Source: Eledone cirrhosa | Taxonomy: Eukaryota | DNA length: 64,000 nt | Assembly: GCA_964016885.1 (NCBI GenBank) | Contig: OZ024750.1 | Location: 35,960,001-36,024,000, forward strand | Reading direction: 5' to 3' | Shown: one piece after another, positions 21,924-35,800 of the stretch | Layout of the letters: each line of letters opens with the position of its first letter | Numbering within the stretch: the stretch's first letter is position 1 | Made by a program: the position numbers and the translations under genes | Notes under the pieces: model-generated | What the model saw: only the letters and a program-made list of their open reading frames with translations | What the model was told of the DNA's origin: nothing | Databases searched by the model: none

Positions 21924-23459
21924 TTTACATAATGGACTGACTGGTAGGTTGAACACACCAACAATTTAATAGGTGTATAATATAAATCATTGTCAAACAT
22001 AGTATTTGTTAAAATATTACTTTGCTTGGAGATGAATTAAGAAAATTGACAGGAACATATATTTTGTGTAAGGAAGATAAAATGTTGATGATATCCTAAA
22101 TGAATTTAATGGAAAAATCTTCTCAGCCTAAGATAATATAATAGCAGAAATACAAGAGTTGGATGTGATTGGAGATTAGATTGTTTGAAGTCATCGCTGC
22201 TGCCTCCTCCTCTGTTGTTCCACACTTGCATGGGTTGGACAGGTCCTTCTCTGTAAAGCATCTTTCCACTTGTTGCGTCCTTTGAAATATAGCATAAAAT
22301 GGGGAATGCGATGGTGAAAACAAAATTAATAGTTCAGAAAATTTAGATAAATATCATAGCAACACATTCCAAATATTCAGAAATGGAATTTCAGAAAAAT
22401 CTTACATTTAAATACTTATGTTGAGGATTGGTTTCTATGTTATCTAATGTGAAACTATTAAAATTTATAATTTAATAGAATATTTATTGAACATATAACA
22501 CCATGATAATTACTGGTATCATATAAGATAAAATGATTATTGGACATAAATAATAAAATGTACTAATATTATCCCGCTGAGGTTTACTTTGCCTTTCATC
22601 CTTACGGGGTCGATAAAATAAAGTACCAGTAATACACTGGATAATTGCTGGCCTTGTGCCTAAAGTAGAAACAATTATATAAAGTAAAGCATTTATTAGG
22701 TAGATAGTCCAAACATTTTTTTCAACTAATTTACATTCTATAATTGCATTGAGAAGCTGTAGTGAATGTGATATTTGAATATCTTAGGTCAGCTTTGATC
22801 TTTTGAACAAATCTCGCATATCAGATTTAGTGGAGGGAAACTACTCAAGTAAATACATATGCATATCGTCTGTTTTCTGCATTAACAAGAACAATATTCT
22901 TCATAACCCCATTCTGAAATGAAGAGATAAGAGTAGGTAATATTTGTCAATAGAAAGAAGAGAGAAAAAAAAAGACAATTCTAGAAAGGAAATGGCAGTA
23001 TTTATCTCACCAACAATCCATAGCGTTTTATATCTTAATTCAAACATTATTATTGTTCATGTTCACTGCATGTGTAGATTTGTTGGTGCCATACCATTCC
23101 AGCCAGTACAATAAAACCAATAAGAAATAAACTATATTTTCTTTGTATTTAGGATACAAATGTGTTTGTGTTTCCACTCATTAATTTCCATTCCTTTAAA
23201 CTCTAACTCTACTCTTTCTGAACATTACTTTTCTGGTTTCAACAAACATTTTTCATAAAAGACCTACAGAAGCTATGGGCACAGATCCTAATATCTAAAG
23301 CTCCATATAAATATTCACTGTTAATCAATATTGAAGTTTTTTTTTTTTAAATATTTACTTTTGTATATTTCATAGGTTCTTATATGTCATGGTAAGGCAT
23401 ATAAATGACAGTTTATATATATATATATGTGTGTGTGTGTATATATGTTTATAAATGTG

Positions 23460-23523
<64 letters not shown>

Positions 23524-25155
23524 CTGTGTATAAATGTATATGTTTATAAATGTATATATATATATATGTGTATAAATGTATATATATTTATAAATGTGTG
23601 TATGTATGTGTATATATATATATATATGTATGTGTGTGTAATAGTTTACATATGTGCATACATGTAAGTACACCTAAATCTATCAGCATGAGTGGGTTAT
23701 TACATTAGCATGTGTATCGGCTGCATATACTTAAATGCATTCTTGTAAAATGACACACTCTCTGTGGCTTCAAATTACCATTTCTTACAGAGAAATTTCT
23801 GTTTCCAAGGCTTCTGCACGCAATGTAATAACAAATGCCACAAGATAAATATGAAGAAGAAATACATTTCCCACATATACCGAATAGCAAATCAATTTTA
23901 AAATGAAAGACCAGTTACGATTAAACTGATAGTATTATTAACAACAGCACAACTATTCAGCTTTATTACTAATGGAGATTATTGTTACTGTTCTAGAAAT
24001 ACAGAGCAAAGTTACAATGTCTGCAAGTCAAACAGTTTACATTACATTTTAAATACAAATCTGAAATTATTGAAATCTTGACATATTTTATATATATATA
24101 TGTGTATATATGTGTGTATATATGTGTATAGTTTTATTTCTTTAATACTACTTCTCTGCCTGATATCAGTTTCTTGTAATTTTTTCTCTCTCTTTCTTCC
24201 CTTACCTTCTCTATCTATTTTGTTCTTTCCTCCTCCCCCTCTATCTATCTATCTCTCTTTCTCCTGCTTCTTGTTTTGCCTTCTCTATCTATTCCTTCCT
24301 CTCTTCTCTCCCCTCCTCTCTCCTATTCTCTCTCTCTCTCTCTCCTATCCTCTCTTCCCCCTCTCTTCTCAATCTCTATGGCTGCATCTATTACAGTAAT
24401 AATATATGGCATTCATCTTTGATGAAAGCTTAAACCCCCCCCCCCTTCTCCCATTCACTACAGTAAACCTATTATCTATCATAAATTAACCTATCTCTAC
24501 AACCTCTTTCCTCTTTCACACCATACACTTGGAGTAGGGAGGTGGTGGTTATCAACTTTTGTTGAAAATAGACACAGAATAATCCTAATGAGAAGAGATT
24601 TTTCCTTTTATCTCTTAAAAAAAAAATCTATTTAGTTTATAAGGAATGACCTTTGCTTTTAGAATTCTTCAGATGTAGGCTGCTCTTTTAATATATTTAC
24701 TTCAAAATTTTCCTGCTGGTATAAACTACATAGTTCTACATATTTTAATTTTTCTATGAATTCTTCCTAATGTTTAAGAATCGGTAATTATGTACAAGAA
24801 TTCTCTATTTCCAGCTATGCTGACGGAGGCGACACGTAAAATAATCTAATCTACAGATATAAATTACAATTCTACCCATCTACAAATAGATTTTTTTCTT
24901 CTTTCTCTCTCTCATGTTTTATTCCAAAACAAAATAAGGTTTAAATTAATTCCAAAAAATAACAAGAATAATAAATACACACAAAAAAAAAAAAAATCTA
25001 AAAATCTTTTATTTGTTTTATAAAAAAAACTATCTAATGCTTGTGGAATATCAATATTGGAGTTGTTTAAAGTACCAATAGATACTTTAATATTGATATG
25101 TTTAGAGAGTGGCAGAGAAGAAGCAGACATGATAGAGTTTCACGAACAGGGTGAA

Positions 25156-25393
25156 AGTGTTCTCTTTCTATATTCTGTGTTCTCTTTCTATATTCTATAT
25201 TCTGTGTTCTATATTCTGTGTTCTCTTTCTATATTCTGTGTTCTCTTTCTATATTCTATATTCTGTGTTCTATATTCTGTGTTCTCTTTCTATATTCTAT
25301 ATTCTGTGTTCTATATTCTGTGTTCTCTTTCTATGTTCTGTGTTCTCTTTCTATATTCTATGTTCTGTGTTCTCTTTCTATATTCTATGTTCT
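25156..25393. repeat. TATTCTG/TGTTCTC-type minisatellite
   Basis: Direct reading. Confidence 0.85.
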
Positions 25394-25865
25394 GGCAGGG
25401 CTCTGCCTCTTTCTCCCTGCTAGGGAGGATTTAATTCACTATACTACAATTGGTAGGGATCTGCTGCATATGGCATACATCTTTTCTTTCAAGATATTCA
25501 GTGTTATTGATATCCTAAAGAGGTGGCAAATTGGCAGAGTCGTTAAAACATCAGATAGAATGCTTTGTGGTATTAATTTTGGCTCTCTGTGATCTGAGTT
25601 CAAATCCCACCAGGGTCAATTTTGCCTTTCATCATTTCAAAGTCAATAAAAGGTGCCAGTCCAGTACAGGGGTCTAACCCCCCCCCCCCTCTCTGTCTGA
25701 ATTCTGCCAGGTTTTAAAAAAATGCCTTTGATATGTCATATGTCATTATAACATCTTTATGACTCCATCAGGAGTTACTTGTCCATGGATACATATAGAT
25801 ATCTGAAAGATGTAATGCTTTGACTTCATGTAGAATTACTTGACACTGCTGTGCTAAATATATAA

Positions 25866-26280
25866 TTATGACACTGTACTCAGTCATATATTATGACACT
25901 GAACTTAATGACACATTAATTATGACACTGGACTTAATGACACATTAATTATGACACTGGACTTAATGACACATTAATTATGACACTGGACTTAATGACA
26001 CATTAATTATGACACTGGACTTAATGACAATATTAATTATGACACTGTACTTAATGACATATTAATTATGACATTGTACTTAATGACATATTAATTACGA
26101 CACTGGACTTAATGACACATTAATTATGACACTGTACTTAATGACATATTAATTATGACACTGTACTTAATGACATATTAATTATGACATTGTACTTAAT
26201 GACATTAATTATGACACTGTACTTAATGACATTAATTATGACACTGTACTTAATGGTATGTTAATTATGACACTGTACTC
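25866..26280. repeat. 27-29-bp minisatellite (TATGACACTGKACTTAATGACACATTAAT), about 14 copies
   Basis: Period 29 (25921, 25950 and onward). Confidence 0.9.
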
Positions 26281-26548
26281 GATCATATATTACTTATAAC
26301 GTTACTGTATTTATTCTGATATTGATTATAACACAGCTATACTCAATAACATATGTTTCATCATTAAACACAATCTCCTCATGTAATTCTAAAAAAAAGC
26401 TGACAACAGTCTAATTTAACAAAACACTATTCAGCTGTATACTGTGATCTTGACACTGTTGTTAAAATTTAGTAGCTTCAGGTCAGCTCTGATTGGGTAC
26501 GATCATCAAATCAAATCCATCTATTCATCCATATCATCATCATCATCA

Positions 26549-26773
26549 TTTAACCTTTTAGCATTTAAACTGGCTGTATCCAGCCATACTTCTCTCATCT
26601 CTTTCTGTTCAAACTGTCCATAACTGGCCCCTCATACCGACTTAAAGGTATTGTTCTCCAAATAAATAATATTAAAATCTCATAGATTTGATATTATGTG
26701 AGATGATTATGTGAGATAAAGCCTTTACCATGAAAATATAATAGTATATATAGAGTAATGTAAATGTTAAAGG
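26549..26773 (+). mobile_element. piggyBac-type MITE, near full length
   Basis: TTAACCTTTTAGCATTTA ... TAAATGTTAAAGGG. Confidence 0.7.
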
Positions 26774-27814
26774 GATATATATATATAAACATTTTTATGA
26801 GAGACCAGCAATTGTCCTTCATACCTGCAAATCTCCCTACTTTATGTCATTGATGTTGCTGAAGACAACAGCTAATACCACTTGTACACCTTTATTGTCT
26901 TAGACATCAGAATACAAAGAATCTAATCAAATATGGTCTGTATCAAAAAGGCTATATTTCAAAAGTATATTTTTGAAACAAATGGCCATATAATCATGTA
27001 GTAACTTGTTCAATTCTTGTCTGAATATAAAGTTTTATTCTTTACTTTTACACATTTTTATAAAGTTATTTACATATTGAGCATTTGTAAAAATTGTAAA
27101 TAAAAGCAGATGATTTGTTTTGATACACACTGTACTTCAACTACAAGACCTTTTATCTAACAATCAAACTATTCTACCAATCATGGAACATTTTTACTTA
27201 CAATATAAATTTGGCCGTATTCTAACAACCAAGAGGTGTTTCATTTTTAACTACTTCAGCATCAACCAGTACATCACATTTATGACATCATGTTTATTCA
27301 AACCAAAGTATTTCATAACTATTACTAAAATGTTCCTAACTGAAATCTTTCTACTTTCATCAGTTATAAGAGAAACATTTATTATTTTGTTATCACTAAC
27401 TTTTCATGTAAAGCTTGTTCAATCCTGAATGACATGAAAACTTTGTTCTTTTCGTTGATAATTTTTCTCTGATCTGAATGTCTGTATATAACACTGTTAT
27501 ATGCTAAAGGAATGTTATCTTGAGAAACAAAGCCAGCAATATGAAGTTCGGTTTCAACTCAATGTTTACTCTTTATTGACTTCATTTTCATCATCAGTTG
27601 AATACTATCAACACTGGGTTTAGTTACATCAAAACAAGCTTTATTGAACGTTTTTGTCTTTCATTAACAAGGATTTATTTGCATTTCTCAGAGTGTCATT
27701 GCGCAGTTTACAGCAGGTAACTTAATCTTGAATGGTAGCACATGCCATTTCTGTTATTATTCTTTCATTTAATGGAACTTGCATCATTTCATCAGTTATT
27801 ATGATAGAAAAAAG

Positions 27815-28265
27815 GGCACTGGATTGGCAGTATCAGTAGAGCATCAGACACCATGCTTTGCAGCATAGAACTATGGCCCTTTACGTTCTGAGTTAAAATA
27901 CCGCCAAGGTTAGCTTTGCCTTTCATCCTTACGGGGGTCTATAAAATAAAGTACCAGTAATGCACTGGAGCCATTTAACTGACTTTCCCTTCCCCCAAAT
28001 TTGTTGGTTGTGTGCCTAAATCAGAAACCAAGAAAAAGTCTGCTGCATTTGCAGAATCAGTAGAATGTCAGACAGCATGATGTGCAGCATACAGTGAAAA
28101 GTTAGGGCCCTTCACGGTCTAAGTTCAAATCCTGCCAAGGTTAGCTTTAGCTTTCATCCTTGTGGAGGTTGATGAAATAAAGTACCAGTAATGCACTGGG
28201 GTTGATTTAATCGACTTTATTCTCCACCAAAAATTGCTGGTCTTGTGCTTAAATCAGAAACTATT
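27815..28265 (+). mobile_element. two tandem SINE group 1 copies
   Basis: Similar to 3260-3456. Confidence 0.75.
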
Positions 28266-28297
28266 ATGTTAGAGAAAAAGACAATAGAAACCTGATA

Positions 28298-28754
28298 TAT
28301 ATATACTAGAACAGCCGAGACCTGTTGGGTCACGTTATATATACTAGAACAGCCGAGACCTGTTGGGTCACGTTATATATACTAGAACAGCCGAGACCTG
28401 TTGGGTCACGTTCTATATACTAGAACAGCCGAGACCTGTTGGGTCACGTTATATATACTAGAACAGCCGAGACCTGTTGGGTCACATTATATATACTAGA
28501 ACACCCGAGACCTGTTGGGTCACGTTATATATACTAGAACAGCCGAGACCTGTTGGGTCACGTTATATATACTAGAACAGCCGAGACCTGTTGGGTCACG
28601 TTATATATACTAGAACACCCGAGACCTGTTGGGTCACGTTATATATACTAGACCAGCCGAGACCTGTTGGGTCACGTTATATATACTAGAACACCCGAGA
28701 CCTGTTGGGTCACGTTATATATACTAGAACACTCGAGACCTGTTGGGTCACGTT
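28298..28754. repeat. 38-bp tandem array (about 12 copies) corresponding to a Helitron 3' terminus
   Basis: Unit ATACTAGAACAGCCGAGACCTGTTGGGTCACGTTATAT. The minus strand reads short hairpin, then CTAG, then T. Confidence 0.85.
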
Positions 28755-29598
28755 CACTTTAAAATAATTTAAAAAATCATGTTCACTTAAAAATAATTTT
28801 TAAACAATTAAATACAGACATGTCTTTAATGTAAAATTAAATTTTCAATCTACTCTCTCACAACCACGCTCTCACAACCACGCTCTCACAACCTCGCTCT
28901 CACAACCACTCTCTCACAACCACTCTCTCACAACCACTCTCTCACAACCACTCTCTCACAACCACTCTCTCACAACCACTCTCTCACAACCACTCTCTCA
29001 CAACCACTCTCTCACAATCACTCTCTCACAATCACTCTCTCACAACCACTCTCTCACAGCCACTCTCTCACAACCACTCTCTCACAACCACTCTCGCACA
29101 ACCACTCTCTCTCCCCATGTCTTTCTTTCAATCTACTCTCTCACAACCACTCTCTCACAACCACTCTCTCACAACCACTCTCTCACAACCACTCTCTCTC
29201 AACCACTCTCTCTCAACCACTCTCTCACAACCTCGCTCTCACAACCTCTCTCTCACAACCACTCTCTCACAATCACTCTCTCACAATCACTCTCTCACAA
29301 CCACTCTCTCACAACCACTCTCTCTTTACCACTCTCTCTCCCCATGTCTCTCTTTCAATCTACGGCTCTCATAACCACTATCTCCTTTTCTCTATCTTTC
29401 TCACTCTCTAGTTATGAAGGTACCTGGAAAACCCCCGTATCTTGGGAAGCTCTGCTCCGATTTATGTTAAACTTGTTTTATTCCATTTGTATTCCCATTT
29501 CAGGGTCAACTTCTTTTCAAAGTATTTTCCCATCATGCACCATTTTGGCTGTATTACATTACAGACAAGCACACAATCACAGAGTTTTAGTAGTATAT
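28724..29598 (-). mobile_element. probable non-autonomous Helitron with an internal 12-bp (CTCTCACAACCA)n minisatellite
   Basis: Minus-strand start TATACTACTAAAACTC (degenerate TC end) and 3' hairpin-CTAG at the left. Minisatellite at 28850-29340. Confidence 0.6.
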
Positions 29599-30091
29599 AT
29601 ATATATATATCATCATAAGTATGTGTGTATGTGTAAATTTGTTAATGTGTCTGTGAATATGTTAATATGTGTATATATGGGAATGCGTTAATATGGGTGT
29701 GTGTGTGTGAATGTGTTAGCGTGTGTGTATATGTGAATGCGTTAATATGGGTGTGTGTGTGTGTGTGTGTGAATGTGTTAGCGTGTGTGTTAATGTGTGT
29801 GTGTCTGTTAATATGTGTGTAGTTGTCTGTGTCCATGACTTTAGTTATGTGAATGTGTTAGCGTGTGTGTATATGTGAATGTGTTAATATGTGTGTGTGT
29901 GTGTCTGTTAATATGCGTGTAGTTGTCTGTGTCCATGACTTTAGTTATGTTGATACATTTAACAACTATTTTCCGCTTATGTATTGCAACTTAGCAGTTT
30001 GACAAACGATGATTGATAAAATGTGCAGCAAACTCAAAAGTAGATAATAGTCAAAATAATTACCTAAAAGCAATACTAACAATGCATTTAC

Positions 30092-30225
30092 GCCAATACA
30101 TTACTGGTATTTTATTTTATCGACCCCGTAAGGATGAAAGGCAAAGTTAACCTCGGCGGGATTTGAACTCAGACTGTAAAGGGCCGTAACTCTATGTGGC
30201 AAAGCATGCCGTCGTGCCCCAGCAT
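30092..30225 (-). mobile_element. SINE group 1 fragment
   Basis: Central domain and B box. Confidence 0.75.
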
Positions 30226-30417
30226 GGCCTTATTTTGATATATGCACTCTAGTATTTTACAACAGTCTCAATAACTGGATATTACCTCATGCCAACTCTG
30301 ACCAGAAGTTAGTTAAGTGATTTTAATTATTATTTTACAGAAACAATTTAATTAATATACAGCTTCATTGATAAATTTAAATTTAAATCCTTTGCAATTG
30401 CATATTAATATAAGCTT

Positions 30418-30528
30418 GTACACACACATATATATATATATATACACACACACACATGCCCACACATACATGCACATGCATACATATACATGCTCACACG
30501 CATATATACATGCACATATACATAGATT

Positions 30529-30592
<64 letters not shown>

Positions 30593-30690
30593 TATATATA
30601 TATATACACACACTCACATGCCCACACATACATACACATGCATACATATACATGCTCACACGCATATATACTTTAACATATACATAGATT

Positions 30691-30728
<38 letters not shown>

Positions 30729-31357
30729 CACACACACATGCACATGCATACATATACATGCTCACACACATATATACATGCACATATACATAGATTCACA
30801 CACACACACACATATACATATATACATGCTCACACATGCACACACATACAGATACATATAAACAGACATACATATACACACATACATATACATGCACACA
30901 CATACATATACACACATGCACACACATACATATACACACATGCATGTACATGCACACACATACATATACACACATGCACACATATACACGCATGCATGTA
31001 CATGCACACACATACATATACACACATACATATACATGCTCACACATACATGCATGTACATGCACACACATACATATACATGCTCACATATATACATGCA
31101 AACACACACACCACTTGTAGACACACATGCACACACACACACACATGTACACACACACACGCACACATGTACACACCACATAATTCACACATGTGCACAC
31201 AAACATACAGACACATACACAGACACTCATTCAAATACACACATGCACACACACACATACACTATTCAAACATCACATACACACGTCCACACATACAAGC
31301 GCACACACGCATACATACATACATACATATATATATATATACACAGGCACGATTCAA

Positions 31358-31388
<31 letters not shown>

Positions 31389-31487
31389 CACAGGCATGAT
31401 TCAAACACACACATACAAACAAACACACATTCAAACATACACACACATGGACATACAGACACATTGAAACATACACACACACACATA
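30418..31487. repeat. complex (CA)n/(TA)n microsatellite
   Basis: Direct reading. Confidence 0.95.
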
Positions 31488-32198
31488 GATGATGGAGGTA
31501 ACAAATAGAGCAATCTGCTATACAGTTAAGTAGCAAGCTATCTAACATGTGTATTATTTCCAGATTTGTGGTTTCAAAATGATAGTTATATTCCTGGAAG
31601 CCATGATATGCTTAACTAGCAATTATAATTCTTTCTTAACTGGGAAAAAATATTTTTCAAAATGATGGGGGGGAAAAAAGTCAAAGAATATTGTTTATTT
31701 TATTTTTACTGTTTTAAAAACTTCAATCTTTCGATTGGAACTATCCTGAAGCTTTACAATGAAAGATGTTATTGGCTCCGAGTACTTATTTTATCAAAGA
31801 CATTAAACTGTTGGATGAAATTATTAAAGAAACAAGAGGTGTTTTAGCACAAATAAATTGGAAAAGAATCAAATTTGATGAGATTGCAGTTTGGATTTGT
31901 GCCAACATGGAGTACCACTGATGTCCTTGTCTTAGCAAGACAAATGTAAATGTTTTTAGCTAGCTATAGGCTACTATATTATATCGAGATTTTATTGAAC
32001 AGGAGAAGGTCTTTCACAGAGTACCACAATATATGCAATACGATGCAAGCATGGAAAAACTGACATAAAAGTGATGATGATATATATATATGTGTGTGTG
32101 CGAGTGTGTGTCCTGGGTTTGATCAGAGGTAACCACACTAAGTAAGGTACTCAATACATTAGTAGAGTGTATACAACAAAATTTAATATAGAAATGGC

Positions 32199-32290
32199 TT
32201 CTACAGGATTAGAACTGTTTCATTTGAAGGAAATCATCAGGGCTTTTCCTGATGATTTTCTTCGAATGAAACAGTTCTAGTCGTGTAGAA
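32199..32290. ncRNA. inverted pair of degenerate hammerhead-like motifs forming a ~43-bp-arm hairpin
   Basis: CCTGATGATTTTCTTCGAATGAAACAGTTCTA on the plus strand (from 32248) and its imperfect inverse ending at 32241. Confidence 0.5.
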
Positions 32291-32540
32291 CCAAAGCTGT
32301 GTCCATTCTATTCGATAAGCTTTGTCTCTTAATTATATGATATTAATAAATGGAGAAGCTGTGTCTCTTAATTATATCATATTAATAAATGGAAACTATA
32401 TTTATAAAACCATATTTATTCTATTATATATATTTCAAGGGCATCAAAACTTAGGTATGCTCTCATTAGATAAAATACAAAGTTTGTTTTATAAATAGTG
32501 ACATACCCAGGAATCAGACCTTAACAGTTCAAGTTCCGAA

Positions 32541-34975
32541 TCATCATCATTTTACGTCCGTTTTTCCCTGCTTGAAAGGGCGGGACAGGTCCTCTTCAGC
32601 ACAGCATCTCTCCACTCGTCACAGTCCCTCGTCATCTCCTCTGTGAGCTTCAGCGATCTGAGGTCAACTCTCACCACCTCCGCCCATGATTTTCGTGGTC
32701 TTCCTCTACTGCGTCTTCCTTCCACTGGGATTTCTTGGCACTTCTTCACCCAGCGGTCATCTTCCATGCACATCACATGTCCATACCAATGCTGTCTTCT
32801 CTCCTGCACACTATAGCCTATCTCTCTTTTACACAGTTTCTCTCTCAACTCGTCTATGGTTGGTCATTCACGCACATTGACATTGCACATCCATTGGAGC
32901 ATGCTTGCTTCATTTCTCTCCATCCGTCACATAAACTCTGCAATTGCTGCCCATGTCTCACCCCCATGCAGCACCGCACATCTCAAACTGGCATCATATA
33001 ATCGGACTTTCGTTCGTAGGGAGAAACCCTTCTTTGTCAACAGAGGAAGCAACTCCCTAAACTTGTTCCAACCCGTCCTTATTCTGGATACTAAGGCCTC
33101 GGAGCACCTCCTTCCTTACTAATTTGATCACCTAGGTATTGAAAGCTATCAACCACCTCTATAGATCCTACCTGTATTTGAAAAATGTCTCTATAACTGC
33201 GACTTTTACTGTCAAATTTCCCTGAACATCTACCACATATGAAGTTTTCCCTTCCTGTAAGTTTGCCTGCTATCCCACTACACCTCTAGTGTACCCAAGA
33301 TCTTCATTGTGTACATTTTGTAGAGTTTATGCCAACTCCTTTTCTACATATCAAACATGGCCATTTCCCAGATGGAATCAGTTTTTTCCTCTTACCTACT
33401 TATCAACACTTTATTCTTTGCTAGGTTCACTCTGTCCTCTTGATTCCAACTGCTGTTTCCATAGCCAGAATTTATTCTTTAGCTCTTCTACTGATTCTGC
33501 TATAAGTACCAGATCATCAGTATAGAGAGGTTCCCATGGGCAGCCAGTTTTAAATTCCTCTATTATGGCCTGGAGAACTATAATGAATAAGAGTGGGCCG
33601 AGGACCAAACCCTGATGAACTCCTACTTGTATCTGGAATTCCTACTCCCACTTTACTGACAGCAACCCTGTACATAGCTTGCACTGTCCTCATAAGCCAT
33701 TCCTCTACATCTAGTTTCCTTAGGGACCACTAGATGACAGATCGGGGTACCCTATCAAAGGCCTTCTCTAGGTCAACAAAAGCTAAGTATAGTGGCTTAT
33801 TCTTCTCTAAGAACCTCTCTTGTAGTTGCCTCACTAAGAAGATGGCATCTGTTGTACTTTTCCGAGACACAAAGCCAAACTGCATCTCATCTAATGTGAC
33901 CCTTTCTCTTACTAGTTGTGCTATCATTCTTTCTGCCACTTTCATAACCTGATCCATCAGCTTTATACACCTTTACTTGCTCCTCTCCAGAACATCCCCT
34001 TTAACTTTGTAGCAATTTCCAAGAATACTGCTGCACCAGTCTTTGGGTGTGACTCCGCCATATATAGCTTGATTGACTATGCATGCAACCAGTTTAGTTC
34101 CTACTTCTCCTGATGCCTTTAGCATCTCAGCAACTATCCCTGACAGTCCAGCAGCCTTACCACTTTTCATTTCCTTAATTGCCTCTTTGACCCTATAGTC
34201 GTCAACCTCAATAGCTGGTCCCTCTGTTGGGTCTACTGGGGGTAGTTTCTCTCTCTCCCATTCATTCTCAACATTCATCAGTCTCTCATAATGACATTTC
34301 CAGGCATCCTTTTTCTGAGCATCAGTGACACTCAGTACACCAGCATCATTTCAGACACACTTATCTCCAACATCCTGATTTACACTGACACACTACCTTG
34401 CAATGCGGAACACCGCACATCTCTGATCCTCTTTTAGCGGAGAACTGGGTTGTATGAATGTAACACGGTGACATGGTTTGTGTGTATAATATTTAATCAA
34501 CAATTTAACAGTATAGTTGACAGGTCAATGAAATAGATGAAAGAATGAAGCAAAGTTAGTAGTTACCGTTTTGATTGCCAGGCAAACACGAGACGCCTGG
34601 CGAAGGCCAGGCGCCGGAAGGGCAAATGAGAGAGTGAGAACTTAAAGTTGTTAGTTTTATAGGGTTCTGACCGGAAGTTACAGAAAGGGTTCTACTTCCT
34701 GTCTAGATGGTGTTGTGAATGTCACAACAAGGGAGGCAACTGCTACACTCTCATCACAGAACATTGGCAAACCTCCTACTCTCAGCTTCCCTGCATGCTA
34801 AGTATACCTGGTGTCTAGCCTCTCTTTTAGCAGCTGAGTATCAATCTCTACTCCCTCTATTTTTCCAATCCTTCCATGCTTGCCTATTGTCTCTAATGAC
34901 CCTATCTACTGTGCTGTTCCACCACCATGTCACCCTCTGTCTGGTTGGAGCTTTGCACTCTGGTGTACCTACAGT
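32541..34975 (-). mobile_element. degenerate RTE LINE (family B), RT and C-terminus, interrupted by a solo LTR
   Basis: VTWWWN, MNVENEW, KSGKAAG, EMQFGF, FVDLEKAFDRV, GCPWEPLYTDDL, a Cys-rich insert and QERRQHWYGHV, with many stops and frameshifts. (CAT)n tail at 32541. Confidence 0.9.
34433..34747 (-). mobile_element. solo LTR (315 bp) with a 4-bp TSD
   Basis: Minus strand begins TGTAGCAG and the other end is an imperfect inverted repeat (TTTAGCGG on plus). CTCT is duplicated at 34429-34432 and 34748-34751. TATAAAA on the minus strand. Removing the insert rejoins the RTE sequence. Confidence 0.75.
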
Positions 34976-34985
34976 AAGTGGATGT

Positions 34986-35800
34986 TCATCATCATCATCA
35001 TCATCATCAGGTTTAGCGTCCGTGTTCCACGCTTGCATGGGTTTGGACGGGGGTTTTCCCACTTGAGGCAAGAGTGGTTGTCTTGCTCGCATAGGACTGT
35101 CTGGCGGGTTTTCTACAGTTGGATGCCCTTCCTAACACCAACCACATTTACAGTGTGGGGCTGGGAGGTTTTTACCGTGTTGCCTACACGGCCACATTAC
35201 AGCGTGGACTGTCTGGCGGGTTTTCTACAGCTGGATGCCCTTCCTAACACCAACCACATTTACAGTGTGGGGCCGGGAGGTTTTTACCGTGTTGCCTACA
35301 CGGCCACATTTACAGCGTGGACTGTGTGTTTTTTGTCGTGACACCTACACGATCTCATTTGTTTCGGCCTGGATGTTGTGGGACCAACATAACTTTACAT
35401 TGAAAGGGGCGGTGTGGGTGGGGTGGAGGTGGAGGTGGTGGGACGGGGGTGTGTTTTGATAGAGGTGCCTACTGACTGTAGTAGGTTTTTACTTTGTATT
35501 TAGGTAAGGCGGGTCTTCTCTATTACTGAGTACCGCCAAAGGTCTCGGTCCAGTGACATTGTCTTGGAGAGGTGTAAGCGTGTGAGGTCGGAAATTATCA
35601 GCTCGTCCCATGTTTTTCTGGGTCTGCCTACTCCGTGGCTACCGTCTATCTTTATTGCCCTGCACTTTGTTATACAGCTGTCGTCTTTCATGCGCATCAC
35701 GTGACCGTACCAACGTAGCCTTCTCTCGAGTAAACAACATCTGATCCCTCTTATTTCTAATTTTTTCCTTAGTTCGTTTATGCTTTGCCGTTCACGTATA
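34986..35800 (-). mobile_element. RTE 3' end (family C) with a ~112-bp internal tandem duplication
   Basis: 'MRMKDDSC...GRPRKTWDELI'. Duplicated blocks start at 35094 and 35206. The same 3' UTR occurs at 56066-56457(+). Confidence 0.85.

Noticed and set aside
22840-23890. Possible minus-strand host exons (TTTCAG acceptor near 22913; open frames ending at GTAAG near 23783)
   Set aside because: There is no recognisable protein similarity or consistent exon chain. RNA-seq would be needed.
26850-27800. Non-repetitive AT-rich stretch that might be a decayed transposase
   Set aside because: The frames I tried have frequent stops and no diagnostic motif.
28298-28754. CRISPR-like appearance of the regular 38-bp, 26-bp and 99-bp arrays
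   Set aside because: Units are directly tandem with no unique spacers, there are no cas genes, and the context is eukaryotic.
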